The position numbers and the translations under genes were made by a program. Below the pieces are notes generated by a model. It had not been told where the DNA came from. It did not search any database and saw only the letters and a program-made list of their open reading frames with translations. DNA of 62,740 nt, filler included, from Basidioascus undulatus (Eukaryota): assembly GCA_000826855.1 (NCBI GenBank). It is 5 parts of 5 records of this genome, joined end to end, with 100 filler letters (N's around TTAATTAATTAA, not from the genome) between each part and the next. Parts side by side here need not be neighbours in the genome. Positions count along the whole stretch, not along the records: positions 1 to 12,478 come from JTLS01000903.1; positions 12,579 to 25,055 come from JTLS01000904.1; 3 more parts are not named here. One strand, given 5' to 3'. How positions within the stretch are numbered: the first letter of the stretch is position 1; the number at the start of each line of letters is the position of its first letter. Shown here piece after piece: positions 10,762 through 23,502 of the stretch.

Positions 10762-11006
10762 GCTTGCTGGTGCTCCGGATTGTGATGGTTATGGTTATGG
10801 GACAAGGAGGAAGGCAGTGTGCGATAAGAGATGGGAACAAAGGAAGGGGGAATACCAGACAATCGTGTGCTGCCGGACCGCGGATCGTCCTCGGAGGAGG
10901 TTGGCCAAGTCAACCTCAGCCGGACCTTGCCCTACCTTCTCGCTTGCCTTGATCCCCATTGCTCCTCCTCCTCCTCGCGCTGCGCCCCCCTTCCATCTCG
11001 CCCGCT

Positions 11007-12382
11007 ATGTCAGCGCCTCCCGACCCTCGGCCGCCCAAGCCGTCAAAGGAAATGTCCAAAGCCGAGCGACGAGCGCACCAAGAAGCCCAGCGCGCCGCAA
11101 AAGCAGCAGCCAAAGCAGCGGGCTCCTCCGCACTCTCCAACAAGTCCAACGCCACTCTCGCCGGCCTCTCGTCCTCCTCCTCCTCAGCACCCTCCTCCAT
11201 ATCTCAGTCCGCCGCCGGACCGGCCCAGAACCAGCACCAGCACCAGAACCAACCCCGCCCAGGCCCGACGCCCCAGCAGCTCCCGCCCGGCATGCACTCC
11301 GTCTCTCTCTTCCAGCACCTCGAGCGCCGCATACTCAGCACGTCCAGCCCGCAGGTCCACCCGGCCATACTCCAGCTCGGAACGCTCTTTGAGGGGTTCA
11401 AGATCGTCGGTGGGAATGCGAGGTGCACGGCGATGCTGAAGGGCTTGCAGGCGGTGCGTCGTCCGCTCTTCTCCCAGCCCAACCATCTCCTCTCCTCCCT
11501 ACCCAACTGTCCTCCGCATGGGACAACATGCTGAGATAGGGATGCAATGGGCAAGGTCATCGCAAGCTATACCGCTCCTCCCGGAACGACGCTTTCCCGC
11601 CAGCTCGTCACCCATCTCTCCCCGCAAATCGCTCACCTCGAGGCGTGCCGCCCAAAGAGCATCAGCATGGGCAATGCCATCCGCTGGCTTAAGCTCGAGG
11701 TTGCCAACCTCGACCCGGAGATGGGGGAGCAGGAGGTGCGTCGAGATTTCCCTTACTTGCTTTTCTGGTCATCCTTCTTGCCCCATCCTTTTTTCTTTTC
11801 TTTTCTTTATATTCTTTACGCTCCTACGCGTCTTCCCTTATTCCAATACCATGTTCCCTATTCGAACGCCCCAACTGACCCCTTCCCTCGGCAGGCCAAA
11901 GACCACCTCTGCCAGCGCATCGACCACTTCATCCGAGACCGGATCGTCGTCGCGGACGAGGTAATTACGCAGCACGCGATCTCCAAGATCCGGCCTCACG
12001 ACCGGATCATCACTTTCGCGCGGTCCTCGATCGTCGAGAAGGTGCTCCTGCGTGCCGCGCGCACGGGGATCGCCTTCTCCGTCATCCTCGTCGACTCACG
12101 CCCGATGCTCGAGGCCAAGGCGCTCCTCCGCGTGCTCTCCGCGCAGGGCATCCCCTGCACGTACGCGCTCCTCACCTCCCTCCCTTCCTTGCTCCCCACC
12201 GCCTCGCTCGCCCTCCTCGGCGCGCACGCGCTCCTCTCCAACGGCGCGCTCTACTCCCGCGTGGGGACGGCGAGTGTTGCCATGCTTGCCCGCGGGGCGG
12301 GTGTGCCTGTCGTCGTATGCTGCGAGACGTACAAGTTCGTCGATCGCGTCATGCTGGACTCCATTGTCGTTAACGAACTCGG
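11007..12382 (+). CDS. GCD2: Translation initiation factor eIF2B delta subunit, 3' end lost at the contig break
   Basis: MSKAERRAHQEAQRAAK, VHPAILQLG...IVGGNARCTAML, CRPKSISMGNAIRWLK, VILVDSRPMLE and LGAHALLSNGALYSRVGTA...VVCCETYKF...NELG. Confidence 0.93.
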
Positions 12383-12430
12383 TGCACTTATGCCCCTTCG
12401 TTTTTCTTTCCCTTCTTAACCATCTAACAC

Positions 12431-12478
12431 ACCCCTACAAACATCCTTACAGACATCCCCACAGACATCCCCACAGAA
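12431..12478 (+). repeat. Imperfect 12-bp tandem repeat (ACAGACATCCCC-like) at the contig end
   Basis: acccctacaaacatccttacagacatccccacagacatccccacaga, within an intron of eIF2B-delta. It may have caused the assembly break. Confidence 0.6.
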
Positions 12479-12578
12479 NNNNNNNNNNNNNNNNNNNNNN
12501 NNNNNNNNNNNNNNNNNNNNNNTTAATTAATTAANNNNNNNNNNNNNNNNNNNNNNNNNNNNNNNNNNNNNNNNNNNN
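12479..12578. other. Artificial contig linker (N44-TTAATTAATTAA-N44)
   Basis: 100-bp spacer with stops in all frames. Identical copies occur four times in the window. Confidence 0.98.
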
Positions 12579-12898
12579 AGAATAAGGAGAAGGGGGAGGC
12601 GGGCGAGGATTTTGACTGCGCGCCGTTGGGGAGGGGTGAGAATGAGAACGGCAGCGCCATGTTTTGTGGTGTACTCGTCCTCTGCTACAACAATAAAATG
12701 CGGTAGGACGGTGGAAGATGAGGTCAAGAGTGAGGACGCGAGCGTGTTCAGTCGCGTCAACGCCGAAAGCGGAAGATTTCATTCTGGCACGCAGTCAGCT
12801 GTCGCTGCTTTCATGTCTTGCGATCAGCAATGTTCGCATAGTCCCATCGACCAAGTAGCAACAAGGGACTTATTTTAGACTAGATTATTCCGACCCAT

Positions 12899-13657
12899 TC
12901 AGATGGGACAGACCTTCAACTTTACACTGAGCGATGCCCAAGCCCATCCCCACACGTCCCACACGGCCAGCCTCGCAAAGGGCGAACATGGATATGCGAA
13001 TGAAAAGAAAGTCCCAAGTACCAATATAGATAGTGTATCCGTCCACGAGTGTCGGGAATGTATTGGATGAAATAAACAGATTGCCTCAATACACTGCCTC
13101 AAGCGGCCTGGCGTCCTCCTTGCCCGGCACCGCCGGTGCGCCCTTCTTCTCGTCGTACGGAACCTTGACGACCTCGCTCCTTTTCCCAAGCTCAGTAACA
13201 GGGCGAGTCCAAGGGATCCCCTCCAGCGCCTGCTCGTGCGTGACCACGACGCCGTGCGGACGAGCATGCCCAAGTACGCGGCGACGAGTGCGAAAGCGAG
13301 GAACCCGAACGCGACGAGGGGGTAGGCCGCGCGGCAGGGGTCGGGGACGTGCTCTGTGTGGACGGCGGTTCGGGCGTCAGTCGGAAGGGGGAGGGGGTGG
13401 CCGGAACCGGCTGGTGTGGGGAGAACGGGACTGGGGGTAAGCAGTCTGGTCGTGTTAGACAGGGTGAGGACCTCGCTCACTGAGTGTGAAGACCAAGAGG
13501 ACCCCGAACCGCCCGAGTTCGACGCGCATACGAGTGTGGAGGCGGAAGGCGGTGAATCGCTCGAAGAAGAGGCTGCGAGGATGAAAGGCGGGGGGAGATC
13601 AGTCATCTGCTTCAGACTTCGCATTCGGTTTGACCCATTGACCCTGCCCCGAAACAC
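12899..13657 (-). CDS. Possible Ser/Thr/Pro-rich single-pass membrane protein (hypothetical)
   Basis: Open frame with an S/T/P-rich stretch, then hydrophobic YPLVAFGFLAFALVAAYLGMLV and a basic tail. No family recognised and boundaries uncertain. Confidence 0.3.
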   Translation of the reverse strand: MFRGRVNGSNRMRSLKQMTDLPPPFILAASSSSDSPPSASTLVCASNSGGSGSSWSSHSVSEVLTLSNTTRLLTPSPVLPTPAGSGHPLPLPTDARTAVHTEHVPDPCRAAYPLVAFGFLAFALVAAYLGMLVRTASWSRTSRRWRGSLGLALLLSLGKGARSSRFRTTRRRAHRRCRARRTPGRLRQCIEAICLFHPIHSRHSWTDTLSILVLGTFFSFAYPCSPFARLAVWDVWGWAWASLSVKLKVCPI

Positions 13658-16600
13658 CCATAAAACCTCTCAACAGGTAGGAACGAGAGACTCACGGTAC
13701 CGCGGTGTTGTGCAGTATCCACACCCTACCCCGCTTGCCTCGACTACCTTGACTCATCTCGCCTCACGCAGGGCGGGCTTCGGAGTTGGCGTTCAATGAG
13801 CGAGGTGTGAAATTACCTCTTTCTTTGTGGACCTCCTGGTGGATTTTCTGTACTCACATTAAGTCATCCGTGACTCATCCCAGGAGACCAAGAGCCTCCG
13901 TGCTAGCCGCATATCCGCAGCGATGCGCGGCGTTGCGGTAGACTCGCCAGAGAACAAGCATTTCGTTTTGCAACGGGACGAGCTTGTGGCGCGAGGGATC
14001 CTCTCCAAGTTATGCGGAAAAAATAACAACGCCAACAAGGTGGAGCTCCGGACCTGGTGTCTTCGCGAGTTGCTGCACTTGATGCACACGAGCGCTGTAC
14101 GAGCGCTGGCGTCTTTTGAGTCCTACCTTGGTCCTACCCATATGATCCAGTTGGAATTGGTCTAGTGGTCCTTCAGAGCTGACACATTTCTGTACCGCAG
14201 AAAAAAGGCACACCTCGTTCAAGGATGCCCTCTGCGTTCACCACGGTCCGCAAACGCTTGCCTCGACACCCACACCAGCTTTGTCGGTGCTGATGTGTAT
14301 TGTAATGGGGGGTAAAGGACCCTGCCGCATACCTTTCAAAGCACAAGCTGGAGATCACGGGGTGGAAGCCGGAATGGAGCGCTGAGTTTCGCCGAGTGCT
14401 AGAAACCCCCTATGGCAGATACGCTCTATGGAATCCAATTTCCATGTGGGTACTCGTGGACATTGCGTATGCGTTGCTGCACAACGAGGTGCAGATTGTT
14501 GGGCCGAAGCGGACGAAGCCATAGATTGCGTGCGGACCTAGAACGTGTGTCTACGTTTTGCGAGTAGTGACGTGCTTCTTGTGGTACAGGTCTATATCGA
14601 AAGGCAACTCAACAGTGAATTCCTTTGTACACAGACTCGCTGGATTTTTTGCGTTCCAATGTTGGTGCTGGGTAAGTACTGTCCACTTCGTACAGGATCG
14701 TGGAAGGGCCGCCTCAACGTGACTTATTCCAGTGGATAGTGTATTTCAAGGACTCCTTGACACAGTGTATGCTCTGCCTGCCCATATGCTGCGCCCAGAG
14801 TCGCTAACTTTGTGGCGGAGTCAGTATTGCGCCTGCCGCTCCCTACCTTCCTGCTCATGGGTGCGTTGGAACAGCATGTAGTGCATCAAACTGACTGTGT
14901 TATCCCGCGCCACATATCCACCGCGTAGTTCCGACTGTTGAGTCCCTTGCTTCCTAACACTTTCTCCAGCAACCTCCCGAGCAACCCCTCAAGCACGGCC
15001 AAGTTGGTGCAGTGTGTCTGGCATTGTCATGTGGGAGCCGCTTGCTCAGGTCTGTATCATCTCTGTATCATCTAATGGATCTTTGCTTGGAGCCCTCCTC
15101 TCAATGTTTTGCAGGAACGGAACGATGCGAGAAGGATGTTGAACATTCGGCCCTCCCGCCCCCATAGCCTGGAGATAAATATGCGTCACGCTGCGTACTG
15201 ATCAGCATTGTTTTTGTACCTTATTATGGAGATTCTACAGACCGAAAAACCTCGTTTCGTTAAAGGTTGCACTCGACCGATCTGAGCTAGGCAGGAGGAT
15301 CCAGATCATCCAGGCAGGCGGTTGTGCCGGAAGGACAGAGATGGCCTGTCGGTGCAGCTTATGAGCATGCGCCTTCAGCTGTATCTCTCCTATCCTCTAT
15401 AACTCTAGGGTTTTCTTATTCTGTGTGGCTACTCGATGACGAGTCTCCCTGTTCACCTCCGAGCCGCATTGACCGGCAGTGCCTTGAAGCTTTCACTTCG
15501 GATGAACGACGGCGAGGCAGACCTCGAGGAGAGTACGGGTAGTTGGGGCTGATTATAAGGAGTATACAGTTCTGGTGGGGTATCAGGGCATTGATGGTGG
15601 TATTTGGGGCTTCAGGGAAAAATAAACCGGAGGAGAAGAAGATGGAAAAGAGCACAACTTCCAGGTCTGGAGATGTTTTGCAAGGTTAGAGGAAGCGGCC
15701 GGTACTGCTGCCTCTTCAATTGACTGTATGCCGACCAAATGGGAGTTTAGGATGTAAAGACGGCCCCGTGGGACCAAGATTCATTGAAAATGGTCGGAGA
15801 CACAAATCTAAACGACGCTTGACGCAGTCTGTCGGTCGTCGGCGACTTGGCCATCCCAGGCTATGATTGTTATAGAGAATTATCTAAACCTTGGCCGTAA
15901 GCCTTAGCATCTTGTTTTTTGGACTTGAGCGAGGCGGATGAGGACCCGGGCGATGAAGGCGGGCAGGCGCGGTACCCTGGTGGATGTTCGGGTGTGGGCG
16001 AGCAAGATCGAGCGCGGTTCACTGCCTCCTATGCACAGGCATGCAAAAATCTTTGCATAACATAAGGTGAAGTACTTTCACCTCAACTCTGACTCCTCAG
16101 CTTGGTGGAGCAGTAGCGTGTCCACTTCTGCTCGAGGCTGGAGGCCGGCTGTCGTCTTCGTTCTGGTGCTCCAGACGCACCTGAGACTGCCCATCCCCAC
16201 AATTCCAAGACTAGCCCTTCCACGTCCCTCCTTCTCTCTTCAGCACGCCAATGACTGATCGCCGCCTTCACCTGTGAGGTGTTTCCCACTGTTTACCACT
16301 CACGGCATCACTGCGCTGTGCCCAGCGGATGTTTCAGCACGCAACGCGTTTCCTTTGCTCATCGATGACTGCTTCCCGGTACCTGTTTCGTCAGAAAGTC
16401 AACAAGTACATCGTAGCCGAGGCGCCGGCAGCCTCCAGCCGGGAGGCAGCGGCGTCCAAGAGGTTTCATTTTTTGTTTCGCTCGCATTTGCACATGAGCC
16501 GGCACCGGCGAGGAAGACGCCGGGCACTGGGCGCCGTGTCGCCTCTTATTGCTGCCCCTCCGCACCGCTGGCCTTCTTTCTCCACTTCCACCATCACCGC

Positions 16601-16685
16601 CCGCATCAACGCATATTCTCTTTACTCCACTACCCCCATCCCTGCCCCATTCGTGAGTTTTACGACTTCAACAATACCAAGCAAA

Positions 16686-18370
16686 ATGTCCGGCAAGCAG
16701 GCGATCCTCCAGAAGAACCCGAACGACGTCGTGATCGTCTCGGCTGTTCGCACTCCCATCACTCGCGTATGTCATTTCTCAGAAGGACAGTGATGAAAGG
16801 AGACGGGAATGCTGATGGATGTGGAGGCGGTGTTTCCAGGCGAAGAAGGGCGGTCTCGCCGCTGCGCTGCCCGAGGACCTGCTGTCCACCGTCTTCCGGG
16901 CCACCCTCGACCGCACCCGCATCGACCCCAAGCTCATCGAGGTCCGTCCTTCCCTTCTCCATCTTCCTATGGTATCCGCGCATACTGACGGGATGGTTCT
17001 CTTGAACTCCAGGACGTCGCGGTCGGGAATGTCCTCCCGCCCGGCGGTGGCGCGACGATGGCGCGCATGGCCGCCCTCCACGCCGGCATCCCCAACACCG
17101 CCGCGCTCAACACCGTCAACCGCCAGTGCTCGTCCGGCCTCCAGGCCATCACCCAGATCGCGCACGAGATCCAGTCGGGGCAGATTGACATTGGCATCGG
17201 TGCGCTGCGCTCCCTCTGCTGCTGCGGCGTGGCAGGCGGCCGGGGCTGATGAAGGTGGATTGGATTGTGTGGCGATCAATAGGCGCGGGCGTCGAGAGCA
17301 TGACTCACCACTATGGAAAGGGCGTCATGCCCGAGAACATGTCCGAGGCTGTCCTCTCCAACGAGGAGTCTGCCGACTGCCTGATCCCGTACGTCCTCGC
17401 ATATGTCATTCCAGCACTCAGGCAAGTGGAAGCTCACTTCTTCTTCGCTTCTTCCTTCCAGCATGGGCATCACCTCCGAGAACGTCGCCGCGCAGTTCAA
17501 GGTCTCTCGCGAGGCGCAGGACGAGTTCGCTGCCGAGTCTTTCCGTCGCGCCGCGACCGCGCAGGCGTCTGGCAAGTGGGCTGCGGAGATCGTCCCCGTG
17601 ACGGTGGTGGACTCTGAGGGGAACAAGAAGGTCGTGGACCGTGACGACGGGATCCGGGAGGGCGTGACGAAGGAGTCGCTCGGCAAGCTCAAGCCCGTAT
17701 TCTCCAAGACGGGCTCGACGCACGCGGGGAACGCGTCCCAGGTCTCGGACGGCGCCGCCGCAGTCCTCCTCGCCCGCCGCTCCGTCGCCCAGGCCCTCGG
17801 CCTCCCCATCCTCGGAAAGTTCGTCCAGTCCGCCGTAGTTGGTGTACCGCCTAAGATCATGGGCGTCGGCCCCGCCGTCGCGATCCCCAAGGTCCTCGAG
17901 AAGACGGGCCTCAAGGTCGACGACGTTGACATTTACGAGGTGCGTCCTCCCTGAACTCCTCCCCCTTCTATCCGTTTCCCCTTCCTCCTCCTTCTCCAAA
18001 TGCTAATTCTCCCTCCTTCCCTCCTCGCCCCCGCAGATCAACGAGGCCTTCGCGTCCCAGGCGCTCTACTCGATCCAGCACATCGGCATCCCCCTCCAGA
18101 AGGTGAACCCCAACGGCGGTGCGATCGCCCTCGGCCACCCGCTCGGCGCGACCGGCGCCCGTCAGCTCGCGACCATCTTTGCCGAGGCCAAGCGCACCGG
18201 CGCGAAGGTCCTATCCACCAGCATGTGCATCGGCAGCGGCATGGGCATGTGAGATTTCTGCTTCCCGCTCCCTTTCCCCCTTCTCTCCGCCCGCCTTCCC
18301 ACCTGGGTCAGGCACTGATGACGTGCTCGTACCTCTTCCCAGGGCCTCCATCTTCGTCAACGAGCAATGA
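16686..18370 (+). CDS. 3-ketoacyl-CoA thiolase (Pot1/Fox3-type), multi-exon
   Basis: [26 protein letters not shown] (catalytic Cys), [51 protein letters not shown] and SMCIGSGMG. Ends ASIFVNEQ*. Confidence 0.95.
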
Positions 18371-21300
18371 GTGCGGGACGGTTGGATTAGGGTGCGCGCG
18401 CGGGGATTGCGCGAGCGAGTTCGGGCTTGTACACGTTTCTGATTGGGCTTCGGTCTGATGGGTTTTGATGATGACACTACGACATGTATTCTTTCGCGCA
18501 CTGTCTTAGTTCGCGTGTGGGTCGGTTGGTTGTGCGCGGCCGTCAGATGAGTGACTTGCGGTTCAGAGAGGTAGCGCTCTTCACACACAACACTAGAAGG
18601 GCACCTCCCATCTCCCGCACGCCACCTTGCCCCAGCGAACCACGACCCCCGACTTCCCGCTCCATCTTTTGCCTCTTTGAATGTTCTCTTTAATTCCTGG
18701 ACTTTAAACGGGTCGGTCTGGTCGGCGGGGTCGGGTGAGCTGGGTGTGGTGCGCGATGAGGAAGAGACGGAGATGTGGTCGAGTGCGTGGGGTGCCTGAG
18801 AAAAGATTGGGGTTGGAACGAGGAGGAGGGTAATGAGATACGCTACAGTTTTGAAAGATCATAAAGCGAGCGCACGTGGTGTCCGTAGGCTAACGTGCTT
18901 GGGGGATGCGATGGGGACGCTGATTGAAGGGGAGGAAGAGGAAGAGGACGGGGGAAAAGCGGGCGCTCGTACAGGCTGGCTGATAAGGGACATTCGTGTC
19001 TTGGGTACGTTCTCAAAGAGCGATGTCAACGGCCGGGAATAGGACCTGCACTGGAACCACTTGAACTTGCAGACTCGCAAGTGCATGGATGTCGGTGAGA
19101 CTCCCCGATGTGTCTGTGTCCCATGCGGCATGTAGTTTCGTACATAGAAAAGGGGCACGCCTTGAAGGGTAAAGAGGGTAAAGATCCCGGAATACTTGGC
19201 GGAAAACGAGGATTCGGCGTGGAGTGACGAGCGACGATGAAACAGCTCGAGTGTGGACCGTCGTTTCTTTTGGCCGCTGCGCCCACGCCATTGCCTCTAT
19301 ATGTGGTAAAAATTAGCCCCGAGGTGGCCTGTGCTTGTGTAAACAAACGTTCGAACGCGGCGTCCCTCGGTCGCCAGACTACGGGCCTGTACGTTGTGCA
19401 AGAAGGGAAACCAGGGGACACACGCTGCGCCCCTGGTGTTCTTTTCTTTTCCGTATGTTCTATAATAATTTGTTCGTGGAAACGTGAAGGGGGTTACCTG
19501 GTTGCCTGGGCCATCCTCATCCTGGCTGGCTGTGCGCATCGCAGATGACGCTCGAGGAGAAGGCCTTCGTCGTCACCGACCAGCCCGGGCGCTGCACGGA
19601 CAACACTGGGACTGTTGAACAACTCGGCAAGCCTGTGTATGTCGGACGGGGCCAATGGGAGTAAATTCAGGTAATGGAGTATACTTAGCCCTGTTTTCCT
19701 CGCGTTCGAAAGCGGTGGACACGAGCGCAACGCTTACGGAAGGGGAACACGGTAGCTCGCAATTCCCTGCCAGCTTGACAACCACAGCCACGCGGGACAG
19801 AGGTCCTGTTTATTAGCGTGCGAGGCCATGTGTAGAGAGTTTAAGATCAAGATCCGCCCTCTGCTTACTTGAAGCGGGCTCACGCACCTCAATTCATTCT
19901 GAGCTACAAGGTGTCAACATCGCACTGATGGCTGTGACCGGTGGTGGGCTTGGCCGGTCTCCACTGTATGTGATAGGAGGTTATGTATCAGAGGGTATGA
20001 TAAACTTAGAGCTCTGGAACAGTGGTGGACGGAACTGGGAGTCATGGTACACGGACTCGTACGCGACTGCAGAAATGAGCTGGTACACCGTCAAAGGTTT
20101 GCAAGACGGCGGCGTTGCCACGTGCTATCCTCAATGAAGTATGCAAATGTTCTTAACCTTTGATGATATCAAGAGCTGATTTTGGCAACCCAACAGCAAG
20201 AGCTCCTCCGCAAACCATACTTCGGTGGTAACCATGACCAGGTTCGTGTTCTGCCGTACCAGTCGTGAGGACTACCCAGTGAGAGGCTGAAATGTGGAAT
20301 AATGGCACCCCAGCTTCCATGAGTCTATACTTCAGGAAATTTATATGTGCCGTAGCCGCTGATACTAATGGTTCGGTACAGTATCTCGTCCAACACCGAC
20401 GACAAGTCAATGCACGAGCTGTAACTGCCTCCCTTTGTTGCGGCGGTCCGTGCCGGAACCTCACATGTAATGTGTCCGTACAACCGGAGTGCGTACTACT
20501 CGTCCTTATGCGGCGCAATTGTAACAGTTAACGGCACCCATGCCTGTCACGACGCGTACTCGCAGAATCACCTACTCAAGGGCGAGCTGCACTTCCAAGG
20601 ATCTAGTCAGTTTTATTTTCTACCTCATGTCCCAAAGAGGAGGGGGCAAGGCGGCAGCGCAGCTGGTGCGCGCTTTCCGACGGTGCAAGGGGGAGAAGAA
20701 GACGCTTCAGTGCCTCTTCTGCCCACAGCTTGTCCTGGGTAAGCTGCTCTTCTATTGATTGCTGTCCTGAACCTGTCCTGACCAATATTGGTCATCCAAC
20801 GGGACAGAGCGACAATCTTCGTGGGGCGCCCTCCAACCGTCCCATGCTACATGCGCTGTTCGACCGCCGCGCTCTCAAAGTTCCTCTCTGGCTCCGCAGT
20901 CCCAAGACAATCCCGCTCGAATGCGTCGATACTTTCGAGGACTGCAACTTTGAGCTGTATGATGACTGCAACTTCTAAGAAGGCGGTTACGATTCAGACG
21001 GCCGCGAGCGGGGCGGCGGATACGACGATTACGCTCCGGGGTGTCCAGAGACGTCTCTCCTAGTTCAGCATCCATTCCTGGCGATGGCCCTCGCTGTACA
21101 TCCCAAAATAACTGAGCTTGAGATTGCCTTCAAAGGACACGAGGCTGGGGCGCTCTCGATCTGGACCGCAAAGATCGTCAATTCCACTCGCGTGACCGTG
21201 CTCGACGTTTGTCTCGCCATCCAGAAACTGTGAGTATTGGAGACCCCATTTTGAGCGAACGAGGTGAGAACTTAGGGGAACTCCCATTTCATACTACAGG

Positions 21301-23502
21301 CTTTCACGCCGCTTGACCGCCGCGGAATTAGATGGCACTGAGGGATGAGCGCACTCAGTCCGGGGACGACGGCATCCCAAATGAGGCCCAACGCTGCGAG
21401 TGGTTCATACCGCGATACATAGTGAGTCAAGATCAGGACCAACAGAGTTACTATTCATGGCTGACTATGTCAGCTATGCTGGACACTGGTGGCTAAAGGA
21501 GGCGGCATCGGGTCGGTGCTCGAGGTCGGTGATGAAGAAGAAGAGGTTTTCTAAAGGACTTTATTTGATCAATCTGCTGATTGAAAGGTGTTGGCATGCT
21601 TGTGTGCCTATTAGCCAGCTTGTCTCGAGTGAGTATCTCCCAGGCCGAGCAGAGACGTCTGTGGCATCTGGATAATGTGCTTGGGTCTTTTAGATCCTCA
21701 GGCCTACTAGATGAGGTCAGACTTCCTGGCCCTACTGCACTCATTCAACTCCTATCCGACGCCCTCGATCTTGCCAACCTCGGCCCTCCCTGCGCCTCCG
21801 TCACCTTCAAATCGTGCATGTCCTTCTCCAGCCACCGATGCTCAAATGTCTGGGAGTCCCTGTACTTGAGATAGTTCAAGGCGAATCCCTTCATTCCATC
21901 ATACGAGTCCCATAAGAGCGAGACAAGCTCTAGGCAGTGGGACGGGACGCACCGCTGCTGCGACCGCAACCATCGTGGAAGTCATCATCGATAGGTAGGC
22001 GGAGGGTGGGTTTGGAGCTCGGTTGGGAGGGGGGGAGGTGGAATAGGAGGGATTACAAGGGGTCTGTATCCTCAGCTTATGCTCAGCAAAGAGGGTTGCG
22101 CGAAAGGGAAGGCGGACAGTACGCGCCTTGTGAGTTGGCGCCGGCCTCACACCTATACGGCCTTTCAGGACCACGTTCTGAGGGTAACGTAACAAAGGAC
22201 TGCGTTGAAAACCCTGGGGTCTGTATAACACAAAAAGCATTGTGGTGCTGATCGCTGGCGAGAGCAGCTCGCCCTGGTACTGTTGAAGGGGGGCAGTGCG
22301 TGACGCAAACCCGTCAAAGCTCGGGATCTCCACCAGAGTTTCAGCCTGAACACGCGTTGTCGAGATGAAAAGAAATTCAATTAGTCAATCACAATGAAAG
22401 TGAAAAGCAATGCTCATTGGGGTGTGCTAGGAAATCCTACAAGCGAGAAGCCGGGCCGGATGGATAGACATAGTCCTTATTCAGGTGATAATTATCAGTG
22501 GAAATATAGAAGTCCTTGCCTGCGCGGCGTCTCGGTCTGTCTTCCGAGCTGTTGGACAGGGCGCCCAGTTCAAGCCCTCCGACTTCGAGCGCTTCGCCGG
22601 GGATGTGCTGAAGCAGGTGGACCGACAACGGGACCTTGTGTTCTGGCAAGTCGGGAACAGCTATGTCGAAGATGGGAGGGTCCGGTTGCTGCCTATGCAA
22701 TCTCGGCCTTGAGGGCAGCAGCGGCAAAAAGCGGATCGGGTACGCGCACGCTTGCGAGGCGCTGTTCTTTGCTATGCGCGCTGCTGTTCAGCAGAGGTGC
22801 ATGGTATGGGCACATCGAAAAGCACTTTGAGAAGCACGGGTATGACAAAGTCGGGTTGGATGCCTTTTCGGAGGGCAGGTGACATCAAGGCGTCGTCACA
22901 TTTGCCCAAGGGGGCAGCCGTTGCGTAGGGATGCATGCACGGAAGGCATCTGGTGCTTGTATGGCGGCTATGAGGGAGTGGATATACCCTGCCATATGAT
23001 AGTACTTGTTGCCAATCGCACAAGCGGGGCGGTTCAGAGGCGTAAGAAGTGTGTGGGAGCCTCGAGTACCGCAGACACAAACATGTCAGCTCGTCTAGCT
23101 CGCAGCTGCTTCCTGTCCAGAGGTACCAAATCTGGCTGGCTCTTTGCGTTACGGATTTTTTCTTCCTGGTTCGTGCCCCTTTGAACAATTAGAACTGCGA
23201 GAACAGCATGCGGCTCCAGCCGACACGTTGACGCCTACGTGTGTCAGGACTTGTCTCGCGTCGTCCAAGGTCGTTGACAATCAGTCCCTCACAGTCAGAC
23301 GGTCGAACATTCCTTTCTTTCCTTGATGCACTGGTAGATAATCTGCAGGAGGGCTGAGCCATCGCCACTGCCTATGGCGAAGAAAGGTCGCAGTGCTGTG
23401 AAGTGCAAACGCGGTGTTTCGCGAAGACCGGATCTCCGGCGCGGGATCCGGGCCCACTCCAACGCTGCCAGCTTCAACACGCCTTGCCTCCCCATCAACA
23501 TC

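Noticed and set aside
12523..12534. Palindromic TTAATTAATTAA motif repeated four times at about 12.5-kb spacing
   Set aside because: It is embedded in N-runs and is a synthetic all-frame-stop linker, not biology.
13860..15800. Scattered short ORFs with protein-like stretches (e.g. VLVGYQGIDGGIWGF near 15570)
   Set aside because: Interrupted by stops, and no family could be recognised with confidence. Possibly old gene or transposon debris.
18800..23300. About 4.5 kb of lower-GC sequence with short Cys-containing ORFs
   Set aside because: No transposase, RT or other motif, terminal repeats or consistent exon chain could be supported by eye.
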